Positions 22,483 through 34,010 of a DNA stretch of 34,162 nucleotides are shown here, piece by piece. Each line of letters opens with the position of its first letter. The first letter of the stretch is position 1. The stretch is from Octopus bimaculoides. Taxonomy: Eukaryota. The position numbers and the translations under genes are program-made. The notes under the pieces are model-generated. The model saw only the letters and a program-made list of their open reading frames with translations. It had not been told where the DNA came from and did no database searches. The stretch is from NCBI RefSeq assembly GCF_001194135.2, contig NC_069000.1, positions 33,997,428 through 34,031,589 of the forward strand. Direction: 5' to 3'.

Positions 22483-23355
22483 TACAAGCTATACTCCAGA
22501 AGTTTTGAGACTTTTTAAGAGTGGCAGTTACAACTGTCCTAGATTATTGTAATTTTAGTATATCAATACTATATATCTAATAAACTGACCTGTTGACTTT
22601 TGTTATTCCAGATTGAACAAAACAACTATAACAGCACTTTGAAAACACCCTATTAAACATTGCTTGTCACAGCCAACCAGTGTACAAAATGCAGTCGGGA
22701 TGTTTGGAAGCTGGTTATAGAACAATGCTTTGCATTAATATGGAAAAAAATGCTACAGAAACTTACAAATTGCTCCAGACTGCTTATGGATTAACTTTTA
22801 TGCTGGCATAATAGGCTAAAGGATGGTAGAAGGGAAGTGAGAGAGGATGAAAGATGTAGGAAGAACATCAAAACAGCAGACCTGGTTAAGAAAATTTGTG
22901 ATTTTCCATAGACAACTGTCATGTGTCTATAAAGATACAGTTTGGAATTGGTGTGGCAACTGTACACAGAATTATTCATAAAGATCTGAACATGTGCAAA
23001 ATTTGTTCATGGGTTGTTCAGTGATGCACATCTGGTAACCAATTACTTGACAGAGATGGACATCAAAACATTCTCTCACCCTCCAAACAATCCAGCCTTT
23101 GTCACTTTGCTCCCTGTGACCTTTGGTTTCCCCCCACCCCAGCTTAGGATCAGTCATTTTGAAGATAAAGGAGGTTGTGACAAGGATCTTGAACACCTTC
23201 ACTTTGGAGAACTTCCATGTGGCCTTCACAAAGTGGTTGGAGTACTACGACAAGTGCATCAAAGTCAGAGGATGCTGTTTTGAAGGAGATGAGAGTTTTG
23301 TACTTCTTTGAAATTAATAAGTGTCTCTCCTGAAAAAGTTTGTAAAACTTGTATA
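22483..23355 (+). mobile_element. Internally deleted mariner-family transposon
   Basis: Fragments MEKNATETYKLLQTAYG (HTH), GVATVHRIIHKDLNMCKICSWV, HPP...APCDLWF (YSPDLAPxD-like), FTKWLEYYDKCIKVRGCCFEG; ends are degenerate. Confidence 0.8.
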
Positions 23356-23645
23356 CATACACATACATACATATATGCAAAGATGATGGAGGATTAATTT
23401 GGCTTAGAAATTTCTTTTGTCTGTGTGTATTTTTATATGTAATTATATGTACGCATTCTTATAATACCCCACATTTATGTATAGCCACAGGTTGAAAATA
23501 ATTAATTATAAAATACCCATGCTTGAAATGGAAGAGAAGAAATATTTATAAAAACATAGCTCACAAACTCTACTCACCTAAAACACAAAGGTCAGATTTT
23601 GTATATTGTAATCAAATAACATCTACAAGTAACTCATAGTGAGAA

Positions 23646-24200
23646 ATCTACTGACCAACTAACCTTTACACCTACTTTCATCTTTTTGTGAACATTAAAA
23701 CACAAAACATAAATTTCTATATTAACAACACGATGACCTAAAGCTGACACACCTAGTCACATAGTTTTACATGCTTGACTGATAACATCCAACTTCCAAA
23801 AACAAATTAAATCTTCCAAATAATACCAACAACAAATAAAGAAATCTGTTGACCACTTATTAATATTCTTTTGTGAACCTTTAAAAATTTAATGACCTAA
23901 AAGCTGACACACCTAATTACAAAGGTTTATATGTTGGACTGAACCCTAAACTATAATCTCCACATTCCCAAAACAAAAGATTAAATCTCCCATCAGTATT
24001 TAAATAAAATCAACAACTAAATCTAGTGACACATCTGCTGACTAACTAACCTTTTCACCTATCTCCATTTTTTGTGAACCCCTAAAAACAACCCTAAGGC
24101 CTCAAGCTGGTACACCTGATTACAAAGTTCTACATGCATGACTAAATAATGAACTATAAAAACTTGAAATTTAATCAATAACAATCTTCTATCATAACCT
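23646..24200. repeat. Degenerate tandem repeat of about three 160-200 bp units, strongly A/C-biased
   Basis: atct.ctgac at 23646/23844/24033; ttttgtgaac near 23684/23869/24070; aagctgacacacct at 23741/23901/24104. Confidence 0.75.
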
Positions 24201-24558
24201 ATCATACAACCTCCACCTAAAACAAGAAATTTTAACTTAACAGAAACTATATAAAACCAAAATAAACTCCAATGTACCACAGTCTGATGATGGCATAGCA
24301 AGCCAAAACTTCCAAGTCACTATATACTATTATTGTTAAAGAATGATAAATAAATATTCTTTACAAAAACTGTTAAGTAATCCTTCAGTTTAATGTAAAA
24401 TTGTTTTTATTATAACATAAAAACAAACATTCATTTATATATATATATATATATATATATGAATACATACAAATACAACTGTATAAAAATATAAATAAGT
24501 ATGTGTGCCATGTCTATATAAGAGTTTGTTTTTCTACATGCATACATAGGTGCACAAT

Positions 24559-24700
24559 TATCATCATTTAATGCCCACTTTCCATGCTGGCATGGGTTGG
24601 ACAGTTTGACAGGAGCTGGCTAAATAGAAGACTCCACCAGGCTTCAGAGTCTGTTTTGGCAAGGTTTTATGACAGGATGCCCTTCCTAACACCAACCACA
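24559..24700 (-). mobile_element. RTE 3'-tail fragment
   Basis: atcatcatttaatgcccactttccatgctggcatgggttggac...ggatgcccttcctaacaccaaccac. Confidence 0.75.
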
Positions 24701-24844
24701 CACATAAACAAGTAAATATTTTTGTTGTAAAATATTTTCATAAACTATCTCATAGTGATAAGGCATTTTATTGATAATTTACTTCTACTCTGAGTACTTA
24801 CAGCATGTTCCTCACATATCTATACATGCACAAAATGGGTTTCT

Positions 24845-24980
24845 GCACATATTCTATCTACCACTTTCCACTCACAAGGCATAAATCAACTGAAGACTAT
24901 AATAGAAGGCACTTGTCCAAGGTGTCATGCAATAGGATTGAACCCAAAACACATGGCTGAAAAGCAAACTTCTTAGCCAA
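24845..24980 (-). mobile_element. SINE fragment (tRNA-like head plus CORE-like gacacttgcccaagg segment)
   Basis: cactcacaaggc...gaaggcacttgtccaaggtgtcatgcaataggattgaaccc is shared with 27938-28072. Confidence 0.6.
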
Positions 24981-25224
24981 TCATTATCAGTGCTTTACTT
25001 GAAAAGATACATTTAAATCAAAAATAAATGCAGTAACTAATTTATTTCAAATAAGGAAAACAAATTAGCTGAGTCTTCATGATTAATCTGTATTACATGT
25101 CGGATTATGGGGAAGGACATATGAAGTTTAATTGCTGCAGAAGTTAATTTAAATTTGTTGTAGATAGATTTCAATAAGTAGATTAAATAAAATCAAGAAA
25201 ATAATAGCAAATAAAATTACTTAC

Positions 25225-25378
25225 TAAATGTCATGCCACTAATTCCAGCCATCATTCCAGTGAAAGTTGAAGTTGTTTGGACAGGCTTTTGGGGTATATT
25301 TTGATGTCGAAACAGGCGGACGGTTATCGGATATAACTCTAATTCTGAATATGCATTACCTTTTGATGAAGTAATTAC
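25225..25378 (-). CDS. USP32: USP32 exon I (154 nt): VITSSKGNAYSELELYPITVRLFRHQNIPQKPVQTTSTFTGMMAGISGMTF
   Basis: Acceptor ccctctatAG; donor GTAAGT; ELELYP motif at the DUSP-UBL junction; phase 0/1. Confidence 0.9.
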
Positions 25379-26639
25379 CTATAGAGGGAAATACACAAAT
25401 ATATTAAATGCCATTAAAATATATACACTAATCCATACACACTCAACAATATAATATTCTAGTAATCAAAACAGCTTTTATTATTGTCATTTGTGATACA
25501 TGTTTAGAAGTGTTGCATTGTTTGTTTTCCTGCCCACATACTCAATGTAAAAATCCAAATGAATTTAATCTGGTGGCAGAAGGACGGACTATTTAAATTT
25601 TTTTTTTTAAATGAAGAGATATGGCAACTAAATTTTTAAATGTGGGATATTTTGTCTGTAAACTGTGTATCTTGCCATACATTGTGTTAAGTCATAACTC
25701 TACATTTCAATATACTTAACAAATCAAATTCACTGTAGAGTGATTGCAATTAGCAATAACCTGAAAATTGTACCTACTCCAAGTATAAGTTTAGAGAATA
25801 CACAGGGTGTATTACCAATTTGTTAGCATGGAAAATTTTACTGAAATAAATTTATTAAAAACACAACTAAGAATTCAAAGATACATATAAATTTATAGAA
25901 TTAGGAGCATGATTAACACTCAAAAGATTATATCTTTTAAATGTTTACTAATCCAAATTCTTAATTATTTCTTTATTTTAATCTCTCTGAAAAGAAACAC
26001 ATTTTAACACCACTAAACAGGTCAATTATTTTCATTTTATCATTCATTGACTTGATAAACTATAAAACATTTAACAAAAGTCACACTTCATTTATCAGGT
26101 ACAAGCATACATTTTTAGATTACTGACTGATATTGTGATTAGCTTAACCAAATTAACACAGTGAGATGAATATATTATTTGCAATAATCTATAATCTTAA
26201 CATAACATTAATATGACAGGAATAAAAAGGGTGAGATTTTTATGACAGGTAATTAAAAACTGCTGAGAGCATACATAAGATCATCAACATCATCAATAAC
26301 AATAGTGTTTTAAAATCTACTTTCCCATACTTGCAAGGATCAGACAAGTGTACACTAAGACAGTGTTTTCCACAGATCAATGTCCTTCTTACCGTAAACC
26401 CTAACTTGTTTTCAAGAGAGTTAATAATCTCCCATTCCATCAAACAACAAACAGCCTAGACATGCATTCATGGTGGACTGCAAACAAACAAAACTGTCAG
26501 GATACCATTGTTTAGCAAGTAGTGAATGCAAGGAAAATAGGAACTCACTCACACAAATACACACATACAGTCATATATACATAGACATATATCCATTTAT
26601 CTATCTATCTGTCTCTCAACTGTTTCTTGCTTGTGGGTG

Positions 26640-27570
26640 AGTTTTAGTAATAATCTCTGGAGTGGCCATGGGAATGAGAATGGGCCCCAACTATGCGAAC
26701 TTGTTTGTTGGCTTCATTAGGCCCAAATATTCTCACAATTCACTGGTCCCACGCCCAAGCTATATGGTCGTCATATTGATAACTGTATCGGTGCAACCTC
26801 ACTCTCCCACGAACAACTTTGTCCAATCCTTCTATCCTGCCCTTGAATTCTCCTGCACTATCTCTAACTTTTCTGTCAAATTTCTCGACATTGTTGTCAG
26901 CATCCACTACTCTACTCTCACTACCTCCATCCACTACAAACACACTGATTCACACTCCTACCTTAATTTCCTCTCCTCCCACACAACCCACACCAAGCTC
27001 TCTACCCCCTACTCCCAAATCCTCTGTCTACACAGGCTCTGCAGTGATAACCATGACTTTGAGACTCAGTCTCAACTCATGGCTTGCCACTTTATCCTAC
27101 ATGGATATCCCCTCACCATTATCCACACTGCCCTTGCCTGGGCACGAACTGTGGACCATGCCTCTGCTCTTTCTCCACCCCACCCATATCTGTCACCCCT
27201 CCAATGCACCATTCTCCAAGCCTTCTGGCGACTCCAGTCTGACCACCCCCACCGCACACATCTCTAACCTACTCCTTCCCACCTTCAAATGAGCCCATAA
27301 TCTGCATGACCTAGTCCAGTTTCTTCCCTACCCCTACCTCCCAGCCTGGCTCCTTCCACTGCCCAAACTGTTGCATCTGCCCCTTCCATGCTCACAGGCA
27401 CCCATCACCATCCCTATCATGTCCCTGACTCCTTTACATGTACCTCTAGTAATGTCATTTACTGATCCCCTGCTCTCTCTGTCCTTCCCTGTACATTGGT
27501 CAAACGAGACGCCGCTTGGCTGATCAGTTCATGGAGTACCTCCAGGACATCAGACTCAGCAATGACACAC
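26640..27570 (+). mobile_element. Decayed Penelope-like retroelement (RT C-terminal half plus GIY-YIG)
   Basis: GVAMGMRMGPNYANLFVG; YGRHIDNCIGA (YxDD region, decayed); FLDI; HYKHTDSHSYL...SSH; RLCS; HGYP; then FTCTSSNVIY*..CSLCPSLYIGQTRRRLADQF. Contains frameshifts and stops. Confidence 0.88.
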
Positions 27571-27899
27571 AACTGCTACACACAAAACACACACACACAC
27601 AGTCAAACTAACTCTCCCCCATTCTCACATACGCACACATACTTGTGCTCCTCTTATTGTTGGGATTAGCATGAATTATCTCCCCTTCATTCAACCTCTT
27701 TTTTTCCCATCATTCGCTATGTTGGACTTCTGAACTCAAGACTTTTTTATCATTCCCTCTATTTATTTCCTCTTATTCCTTTCTGTCAAAGAGTGTAGGC
27801 TTGAAATGTAAAAGACTTTTCTATTTTTCATGAACATCAAGCTAATACACTTGTCAGTTGTTCCTACATCTGTCTCATCTTTGTTTTTCTATAAATTTG

Positions 27900-27902
<3 letters not shown>

Positions 27903-27937
<35 letters not shown>
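27903..27937. repeat. (TA)n microsatellite
   Basis: Read directly from the sequence. Confidence 0.95.
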
Positions 27938-27942
<5 letters not shown>

Positions 27943-28072
27943 GCTTCTTTCAGTCTCTGTCTATCAAATCCATATACATGACATTAGTTAGCCCACGGTT
28001 AGGCAGCTATAGAAGAAGACATTTGCCCATGGTACCATATAGTGGGACTGAACCCAAAATTACATGGTTGAG
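27938..28072 (-). mobile_element. SINE fragment (same family as 24845)
   Basis: ggcttctttcagtctctgtctatcaaatcc...gaagaagacatttgcccatgg...gtgggactgaaccc. Confidence 0.65.
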
Positions 28073-28227
28073 TATTTTAAGATTGATATGGTCATCAATA
28101 TATGAAAATTAATTCTTTAGTCTCAATATATTTTACTCAGATGTACTTTTTGCTTTGTTTTTACATCCATTTCCCCATACCTGCATTGCTTATACAAATA
28201 TATTATTGAGGCATTGTTTCAGAGCAG

Positions 28228-28390
28228 GACACCTTTCCTGTCACTAACTTTTACTAGTTTTTCAAGTATGGGATCTCTTGTTTCACATGTCTTCAAAGAT
28301 GCAAGGCCAGCAAATTTTTTTTATTAACAGGAGAAATGTCAACAACATCACCACTTCTAGCTAATTTTCACCGAAGTACAAATCTGAAAC
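28228..28390. repeat. Second copy of the interspersed repeat at 18275-18440
   Basis: cctttcctgtcactaact..tac...ttttcaagta...cacatg...aagatgcaa. Confidence 0.55.
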
Positions 28391-28583
28391 ACAGACACAG
28401 ATGTGTATGTATACACACACATACACCATGAACTTCTTAATTACACAGCCATGCTTATACCTATGTGTATATTTATGTAAGTTTAGTAAAAGTTAAGGTA
28501 TTCAAAAATATGGGAGCAGATAACTAATTCACCAATTTATAATCCCATGGTTTATAACAGAAAGATATCAAAAATATATTTAC

Positions 28584-28724
28584 GGTGCGTGGTAAAGCTG
28601 GATTGCCTCCATACCAACTAGAAAGAGCTCTCCAAACTGGTTCAGGAACTATTTCAAAATCACGAGATCTCACTAATGGTACATCTTTCTTTAGACGACC
28701 ACCTTCAATTGTTAAAGTCATTAC
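28584..28724 (-). CDS. USP32: USP32 exon H (141 nt): VMTLTIEGGRLKKDVPLVRSRDFEIVPEPVWRALSSWYGGNPALPRT; DUSP C-terminal part
   Basis: AG acceptor and GTAAAT donor; DUSP motif DFEIVPEPVW..L..WYGG. Confidence 0.96.
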
Positions 28725-28818
28725 CTAAATAAATGGATAACAAAGGATAGAAAAAAAACAAAAATTGTCAAACAACAATAGTCTAATGAGATATAAGGCA
28801 AATAATGATATCAGACTA

Positions 28819-29024
28819 CAGTAATCCCTTAACTATCATGGGTGTTACATTCCAAATCCACCCAGAGAAATAATTAAAATCTAAAAAAATATAAATACCT
28901 ATTGGTCACAGAAGCCCGCAATGTGCTGAGGAGTCTGTGATATAAATTTACATATATTAGCCAGAAAAATCCACAATGTTCTGAGTGCACAATAGATGAA
29001 CTGTGATGTGGTGAGGGATTACTG
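28819..29024. mobile_element. pogo/Tigger-type MITE (Tc1/mariner superfamily) with a TA target-site duplication
   Basis: TA|CAGTAATCCCT at 28817-28829 and AGGGATTACTG|TA at 29014-29026 form a perfect 11-bp TIR plus TA TSD; the arms extend imperfectly with CpG-decay-like changes. Confidence 0.8.
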
Positions 29025-29276
29025 TAAAGCACTTTGTGTTTATTGCATGTAAAGCAAAAATTAAAATCAAGCTTGAGGTTTTATTACTAGACAGTCAAAC
29101 CTGAATAACTATTTTCATCAAATTTCTTACAGTTAGACAACTTGCCAGCAAGTTGCCTTTTGGGGAAAATATAATGATTGTAGGAGGTTTATAACTCATA
29201 ATCAGTAGTTCAAATTTTTAATCAAACACTGAGATTTAATAAGCAAAAAGAAAAAAATGTAGGCTTTTTTTTTTAC

Positions 29277-29681
29277 CTTTGATGTATTTATTTGTACAAG
29301 AGGACTATTGTCAATAGCTCCAGGCTTCTGGGGAGCTGGATATACCTGAGTTTTCTTCCGCATTTTTGGAGATGCACTGGGACTACGATTTACTGTATTG
29401 CTGCACATGTCAAGTGGGTTAAGAGTTTCTTGTCGTGCATTACCACATAAACTGACAGCTGATCGAGAACAGTGATCATCTAGAAGACTAGATGTCATTG
29501 ATTGCATAGTGTAGCTATTTTCAACTTTTGTTACATTCACCATTACAACAGAATCATCTTCCATTGCAATTAAAGAGTTCTTACTGTTCTTAGCAATTCT
29601 CTGTCGGCCCAAATAGTCTATACTTGACCATTTTATATCATTTGATATGGGAAAATCAATATCATTGTATGAGACCGGAGC
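29277..29681 (-). CDS. USP32: USP32 exon G (405 nt): APVSYNDIDFPIS...PAPQKPGAIDNSPLVQINTSK; long low-complexity DUSP insertion plus the PGAIDN motif
   Basis: Acceptor ttctccttttaccattcaatAG|GCT, with an in-frame TAG immediately upstream; donor GTAAAA; 135 open codons; overlaps track ORF 29202..29612. Confidence 0.88.
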
Positions 29682-30029
29682 CTATTGAATGGTAAAAGGA
29701 GAATTAAATCAGCAACATGCAGTTACTTTGGTTCTAAGAAATCATCATCAAATCTGTTAAAAAATTTGAAGTCCTATTAAGATATGTAAAATTTAACAAT
29801 ATTTAAGATGTGAGCAATTAAACAAATAAAAATGCAATCAATGAAACTTAAAATCAATATTATCAATAACAGGAAATTATCAATGAGAACAAAAGATGGA
29901 AATCTCTTGTAATTTAGTCAAATAAGTATATTACAGTTCGTGTTTAGCAATTATTTGACCACTATTTCCTTTAAAAGAAAAATCAAATCAATTTTTACTT
30001 ATTTTAATTAAATGAACTTCAATACTTAC

Positions 30030-30135
30030 TTCTGATGTAACATACTCATTCCATGAATTCCACCATGCCATGCTAATAAGGTACCATGTCTGACCAACTT
30101 TTAAGGCTTTTCTTGATTCTCTCTCTAACCAACCC
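30030..30135 (-). CDS. USP32: USP32 exon F (106 nt): GWLERESRKALKVGQTWYLISMAWWNSWNEYVTSE; DUSP N-terminal part
   Basis: AG acceptor and GTAAGT donor; DUSP signature WYLISMAWWNSWNEYV. Confidence 0.96.
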
Positions 30136-30732
30136 CTAATTAAACAAAATGAGATTTGTATATGTAATTATATTGAGAATAAACAGTGAGGAAAACTGAA
30201 AAGTGTTATATGCTTTACATCAATAAATGTTAAAGTGTCAGTTTTAAATTAAGATTTGTATATATTAAATCTAAACATGAACAGAGACAAAATATGAGGG
30301 AAAAAAAGCAACATCAAAGTGGTACCCAAAAACCTCTCTTCACAAGTATCCTATTACATTTAGCAAATATGCTATAATTTGCCAGTCATTTTAACTCTAA
30401 AAAAAATAACCTTCTAAATCCATGTTCAACATGTAAAGATTTGCTTAGTTGTATTCTAGTAAAAGTAAATATTTAATTTTATTATATTTTTTTAATTATC
30501 TTCATCACCTACCATGACTACTTCTAAAGTATTACTGTCATGTAACACAACAGCACAAAAATTTAACATATACTATCCTTTCTAAATGACAATAGAGCAA
30601 AACAAAAACATACAAGTCATAAAAGGGAAAATGATCAATACTGAAGAATAATCAAAAATAACCAAACATAAAGGATGCAAGACGGTAATATATAGACATC
30701 AAAAACGCCACAAAAATACAATTTCTCTTAAC

Positions 30733-30794
30733 CTGACTATCTTCCCTTCTTCTTCACGTGTAAGGGGTCGCAATCCCAATACAATATGACATAT
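30733..30794 (-). CDS. USP32: USP32 exon E (62 nt): ICHIVLGLRPLTREEEGKIV(R)
   Basis: Acceptor ttttattgtAG; donor GTTAAG; contains the conserved CHIVLGLRP..EEEG. Confidence 0.95.
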
Positions 30795-30992
30795 CTACAA
30801 TAAAAGATAAAATAGAGTAAGTTCAGTAATTTACATTTCTTCATGTAACAGAATAATCTCTATTATTACAGCTAAATATCAAACAGCTCTAATAAATTAC
30901 AAATATGTATAAATGCAGTAAAAAGTTAATTTAAAGCTATTGCATAATCAATAAGTTACAAATTTTTATAAAATTATTCACAGGAAACTTAC

Positions 30993-31076
30993 TTGACTGA
31001 GGAGATTGAGTAGGTCTTCTGAAAGGGTATTGTTAACAGTCCAAACCAAGTATTCTTCCATGGTGATACAACCATC
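30993..31076 (-). CDS. USP32: USP32 exon D (84 nt): DGCITMEEYLVWTVNNTLSEDLLNLLSQ
   Basis: Acceptor ctttcAG; donor GTAAGT; phase 0/0. Confidence 0.93.
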
Positions 31077-31196
31077 CTGAAAGAGTTTTGAAAATTATCC
31101 TATGACATTCTGTGAATTTAATAGTATCAAGACAGTGGAGATAACAGAAGAGAAAAAAATTTTAAATAAATAAACTTCTTAACATCTGAACCTTAC

Positions 31197-31271
31197 CTGG
31201 TCTCCATCATGACAAAGAAGAATTTCCATAGCAACTGTTTCTGGATCTAATCGATGGAAAACATCATCTTC
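31197..31271 (-). CDS. USP32: USP32 exon C (75 nt): EDDVFHRLDPETVAMEILLCHDGDQ
   Basis: AG acceptor and GTAAGG donor; phase 0/0; completes an EF-hand together with the next exon. Confidence 0.87.
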
Positions 31272-32028
31272 CTTTTTACAGAATAGAAATCATAAATAAC
31301 ATTAATGTACAACTGGAATATAAAAAATTGATACACTTTTAAAAAAATTGACAGAAATTTAAGTTTAAAATTGCAATATCTGATCACTGCATTATAGCTA
31401 CATATAAAATATAAAAATATTATCAAAGAGAGAGTCTGGGAGTGGCATAAAATTGTGTATTAAATAAATTTGACCCTAGTTATTTTAAGTTTAGATAGTT
31501 TTTGATTTTGAAAATTAAGAGTTTCTTTCTTTAACAAATATTTCTGGACACTTTATGTATCCTTAGATGAGAAGTGAGGTCTTTTATGCAATGACAATAT
31601 TCAGAAGAAAAGTCATGACAAATGTAAATCTTTATCACTAAATCTAACTGCTGCAGGTAATATTTTACAGAGGAAAATCAGACACATTAAGATAATTCAA
31701 CAAACATGACATAGCATAATGTGTTGTAGATTTAAAGCATTTTATATAGAGAGGAAAGCAGTTTTATGAGATACTAAGAATATCTTGATTAAACACCACA
31801 AACAGCAATAAGTGTCTTCAAAACCACACTTGATACTTTTAATCCAACTGTAGTTTAGAATATTCTGTGAGTAAAATCTTTTGAGCCAAATCAACTATTT
31901 CAACAGCATCCTGACGTGTATGACAATAACAGTAAACAATAAAGGACTAAAATATATTGATTGGCAAATACTGATATTTATGTCTAACCTAATAAATGCC
32001 AAATGAAATTAAAAGCCTCATTACATAC

Positions 32029-32144
32029 CAGTTCTTCTGGTGAGTTATTCTCTTTACGTATCAATACAAGAGCTTCCAACATAGATTTCAAACCATCTTT
32101 ATCAAGTTTCCCTTCATGATTAGTATCAAAAATTTTGAAACAAA
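32029..32144 (-). CDS. USP32: USP32 exon B (116 nt): (F)CFKIFDTNHEGKLDKDGLKSMLEALVLIRKENNSPEEL
   Basis: Acceptor tttttcAG; donor GTATGT; phase 1 in, phase 0 out; FCFKIFD follows the RGP motif as in USP32. Confidence 0.94.
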
Positions 32145-32329
32145 CTGAAAAACAATCAAGAAAACAAACACTAACATTAACACTTTTGTTACCATATTTC
32201 TGCCAGTGTTTTCAATTTAAGAACTGATGAAGAATTTAATAAAATGATTATGTCATAATTAAGTTGGTGCAAGTAGTATCTTTATCTTAAGACACTCCCC
32301 CCACCCTCACCCCCACTTCAGTCATGAAA

Positions 32330-32638
32330 GACCATAGGATTGCACCTAGCAAGTTACCTTCCGAGGCACAAGTCTGGGCAAGGTTGTTTGTGGAAGACCA
32401 GCAGTTGCCCATGCATACTAGCCTCCTCTCTCCATGCCACTGATGTTATCCAAGGGAAAGACAACAACTGATACTGCCTGGTGCCAGTGACATCGCAACT
32501 CATTTCTATAGCTAAGTGAACTGGAGCAACTTGAAATAAAGTGTCTTGCTTAAGAACACAACACACAGCCTAGTCTGGGAATTGAACTCACTACCTCATG
32601 ATTGTGTGCCCAACACTAACCACTGAGCTATGCACCTT
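32330..32638 (-). mobile_element. tRNA-derived SINE with a CORE-like segment
   Basis: gaactggagcaacttgaaataaagtgtcttgcttaagaacacaac plus the head ctgggaattgaactc...aaccactgagctatgcacct. Confidence 0.8.
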
Positions 32639-33240
32639 ATCACTTAAAACTAACTTTCTGAAATTAAGATTTGCTATTATAAACTGTTTTCACATTTAGT
32701 TTTCATATATTTCTAAGAAATCTTAATGCTATCTAAATTGAAAATTATGAATGAAATTAAGAGTTCTATTTCAAAACATTTGCAAAATCTTTCAGTTTTT
32801 ATTTTTATCAAATTAAGGTTACATTCATTTTTGAAGAAATTATTAGTGTTATGGTTCTGAAATTATAATTTTTTAATAAAATAATAGAAAAAAACTATTT
32901 CCAAAATAAGCATAATTTTTATACTTACACTTGGATGTGTACTAATTTTTTTTCTGTATTTTACAAAACTATCATAGCACTAAGCTCAATTCAAAGAAAG
33001 CAATCCAGAACAAATACAGTTTTTAGGTTTTGGGCAATTGTAATAACTGGAAGCAAATATATACAATTGTGGACACATGTATGCACGTATGCATGCACAC
33101 AACTCCACCCCCATATACACATGCATTATAAACAGAATTCTTTTCTGGAACATTGTGAAGCCTATTAAGTCAAGTGTACATTAAGTTTTATTGATATAGA
33201 TTGTATAAACAAAAAAATGGCAATAACAAAAAAAACTAAC

Positions 33241-33348
33241 ATTTCTGTTGCTCTGTTTTTGGACCTCGACAGCAAGCTGATATGCCACAAGCCATTTCCT
33301 TGAAATCAATATGATTGTCTCTGTTCTCATCAAACGCAAGAAACAGAC
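33241..33348 (-). CDS. USP32: USP32 exon A (108 nt, phase 1/1): (G)LFLAFDENRDNHIDFKEMACGISACCRGPKTEQQK; canonical EF-hand loop
   Basis: Acceptor ttttttAG at 33350-33349; donor GTTAGT at 33240; EF-hand loop DENRDNHIDFKE. Confidence 0.96.
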
Positions 33349-34010
33349 CTAAAAAAGAAATTTTTTAAAATTTAAGGTAACTTAGGAAATCTAATAGTTG
33401 GCTGAAAATTAAACATTCCATTGGTTACAAGCTGTATTTAAAATCTAATGCAAAAATGTTCCATTGGTTTAGTAAAAGTAAATGAGAAACTCAAAATTAT
33501 AAATCAAGCTGAATACTTTCTTTAAGAAGTAATTAACAGCTAGAAACATTTTGATAACTGCAAAGGGTTATAAGATATGTTATAAGACAAAAACCGAAAT
33601 GTTTTTGACTTACAGTAAGAATGAAATTGAATAAACAAATACACATGTTAATTAGAACAGAAACTGATAAAGAAAACATTAGCACAGTTGAGGATTTCAT
33701 AAAAGAGAACAATAAGAAAAATTTATACTAATAATTGATGGCAATATGAAGAAAGTTGTTTATACTGTCTTGCTCATTCAGTGGAAAATATCAATGAAAA
33801 ATAGATATGGAAGCAAAAATAATGCATACATTGCCAGAAGTTTAAAACATTATCATTATTATTATTATTATTATTATTATCGTCCACCTTTTGCTTTATG
33901 AGTGATATTTTCTTTTTGCTGTTTGCATATGTTTACTATATACAGATGTAAATAAACAAAGCATAATTACAATTTCATATATATATACACACACATACAC
34001 ATATATATAT

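Noticed and set aside
29277-29681. ~120-aa Ser/Asn-rich insertion splitting the DUSP domain as a novelty
   Set aside because: As I recall, vertebrate USP32 has a similarly placed, poorly conserved insertion before PQKPGAIDN, so it is a family feature.
29682-29740. Upstream alternative AG acceptor for exon G near 29735
   Set aside because: Using it would include an in-frame TAG at 29682-29684 or shift the frame; the downstream AG has the better pyrimidine tract.
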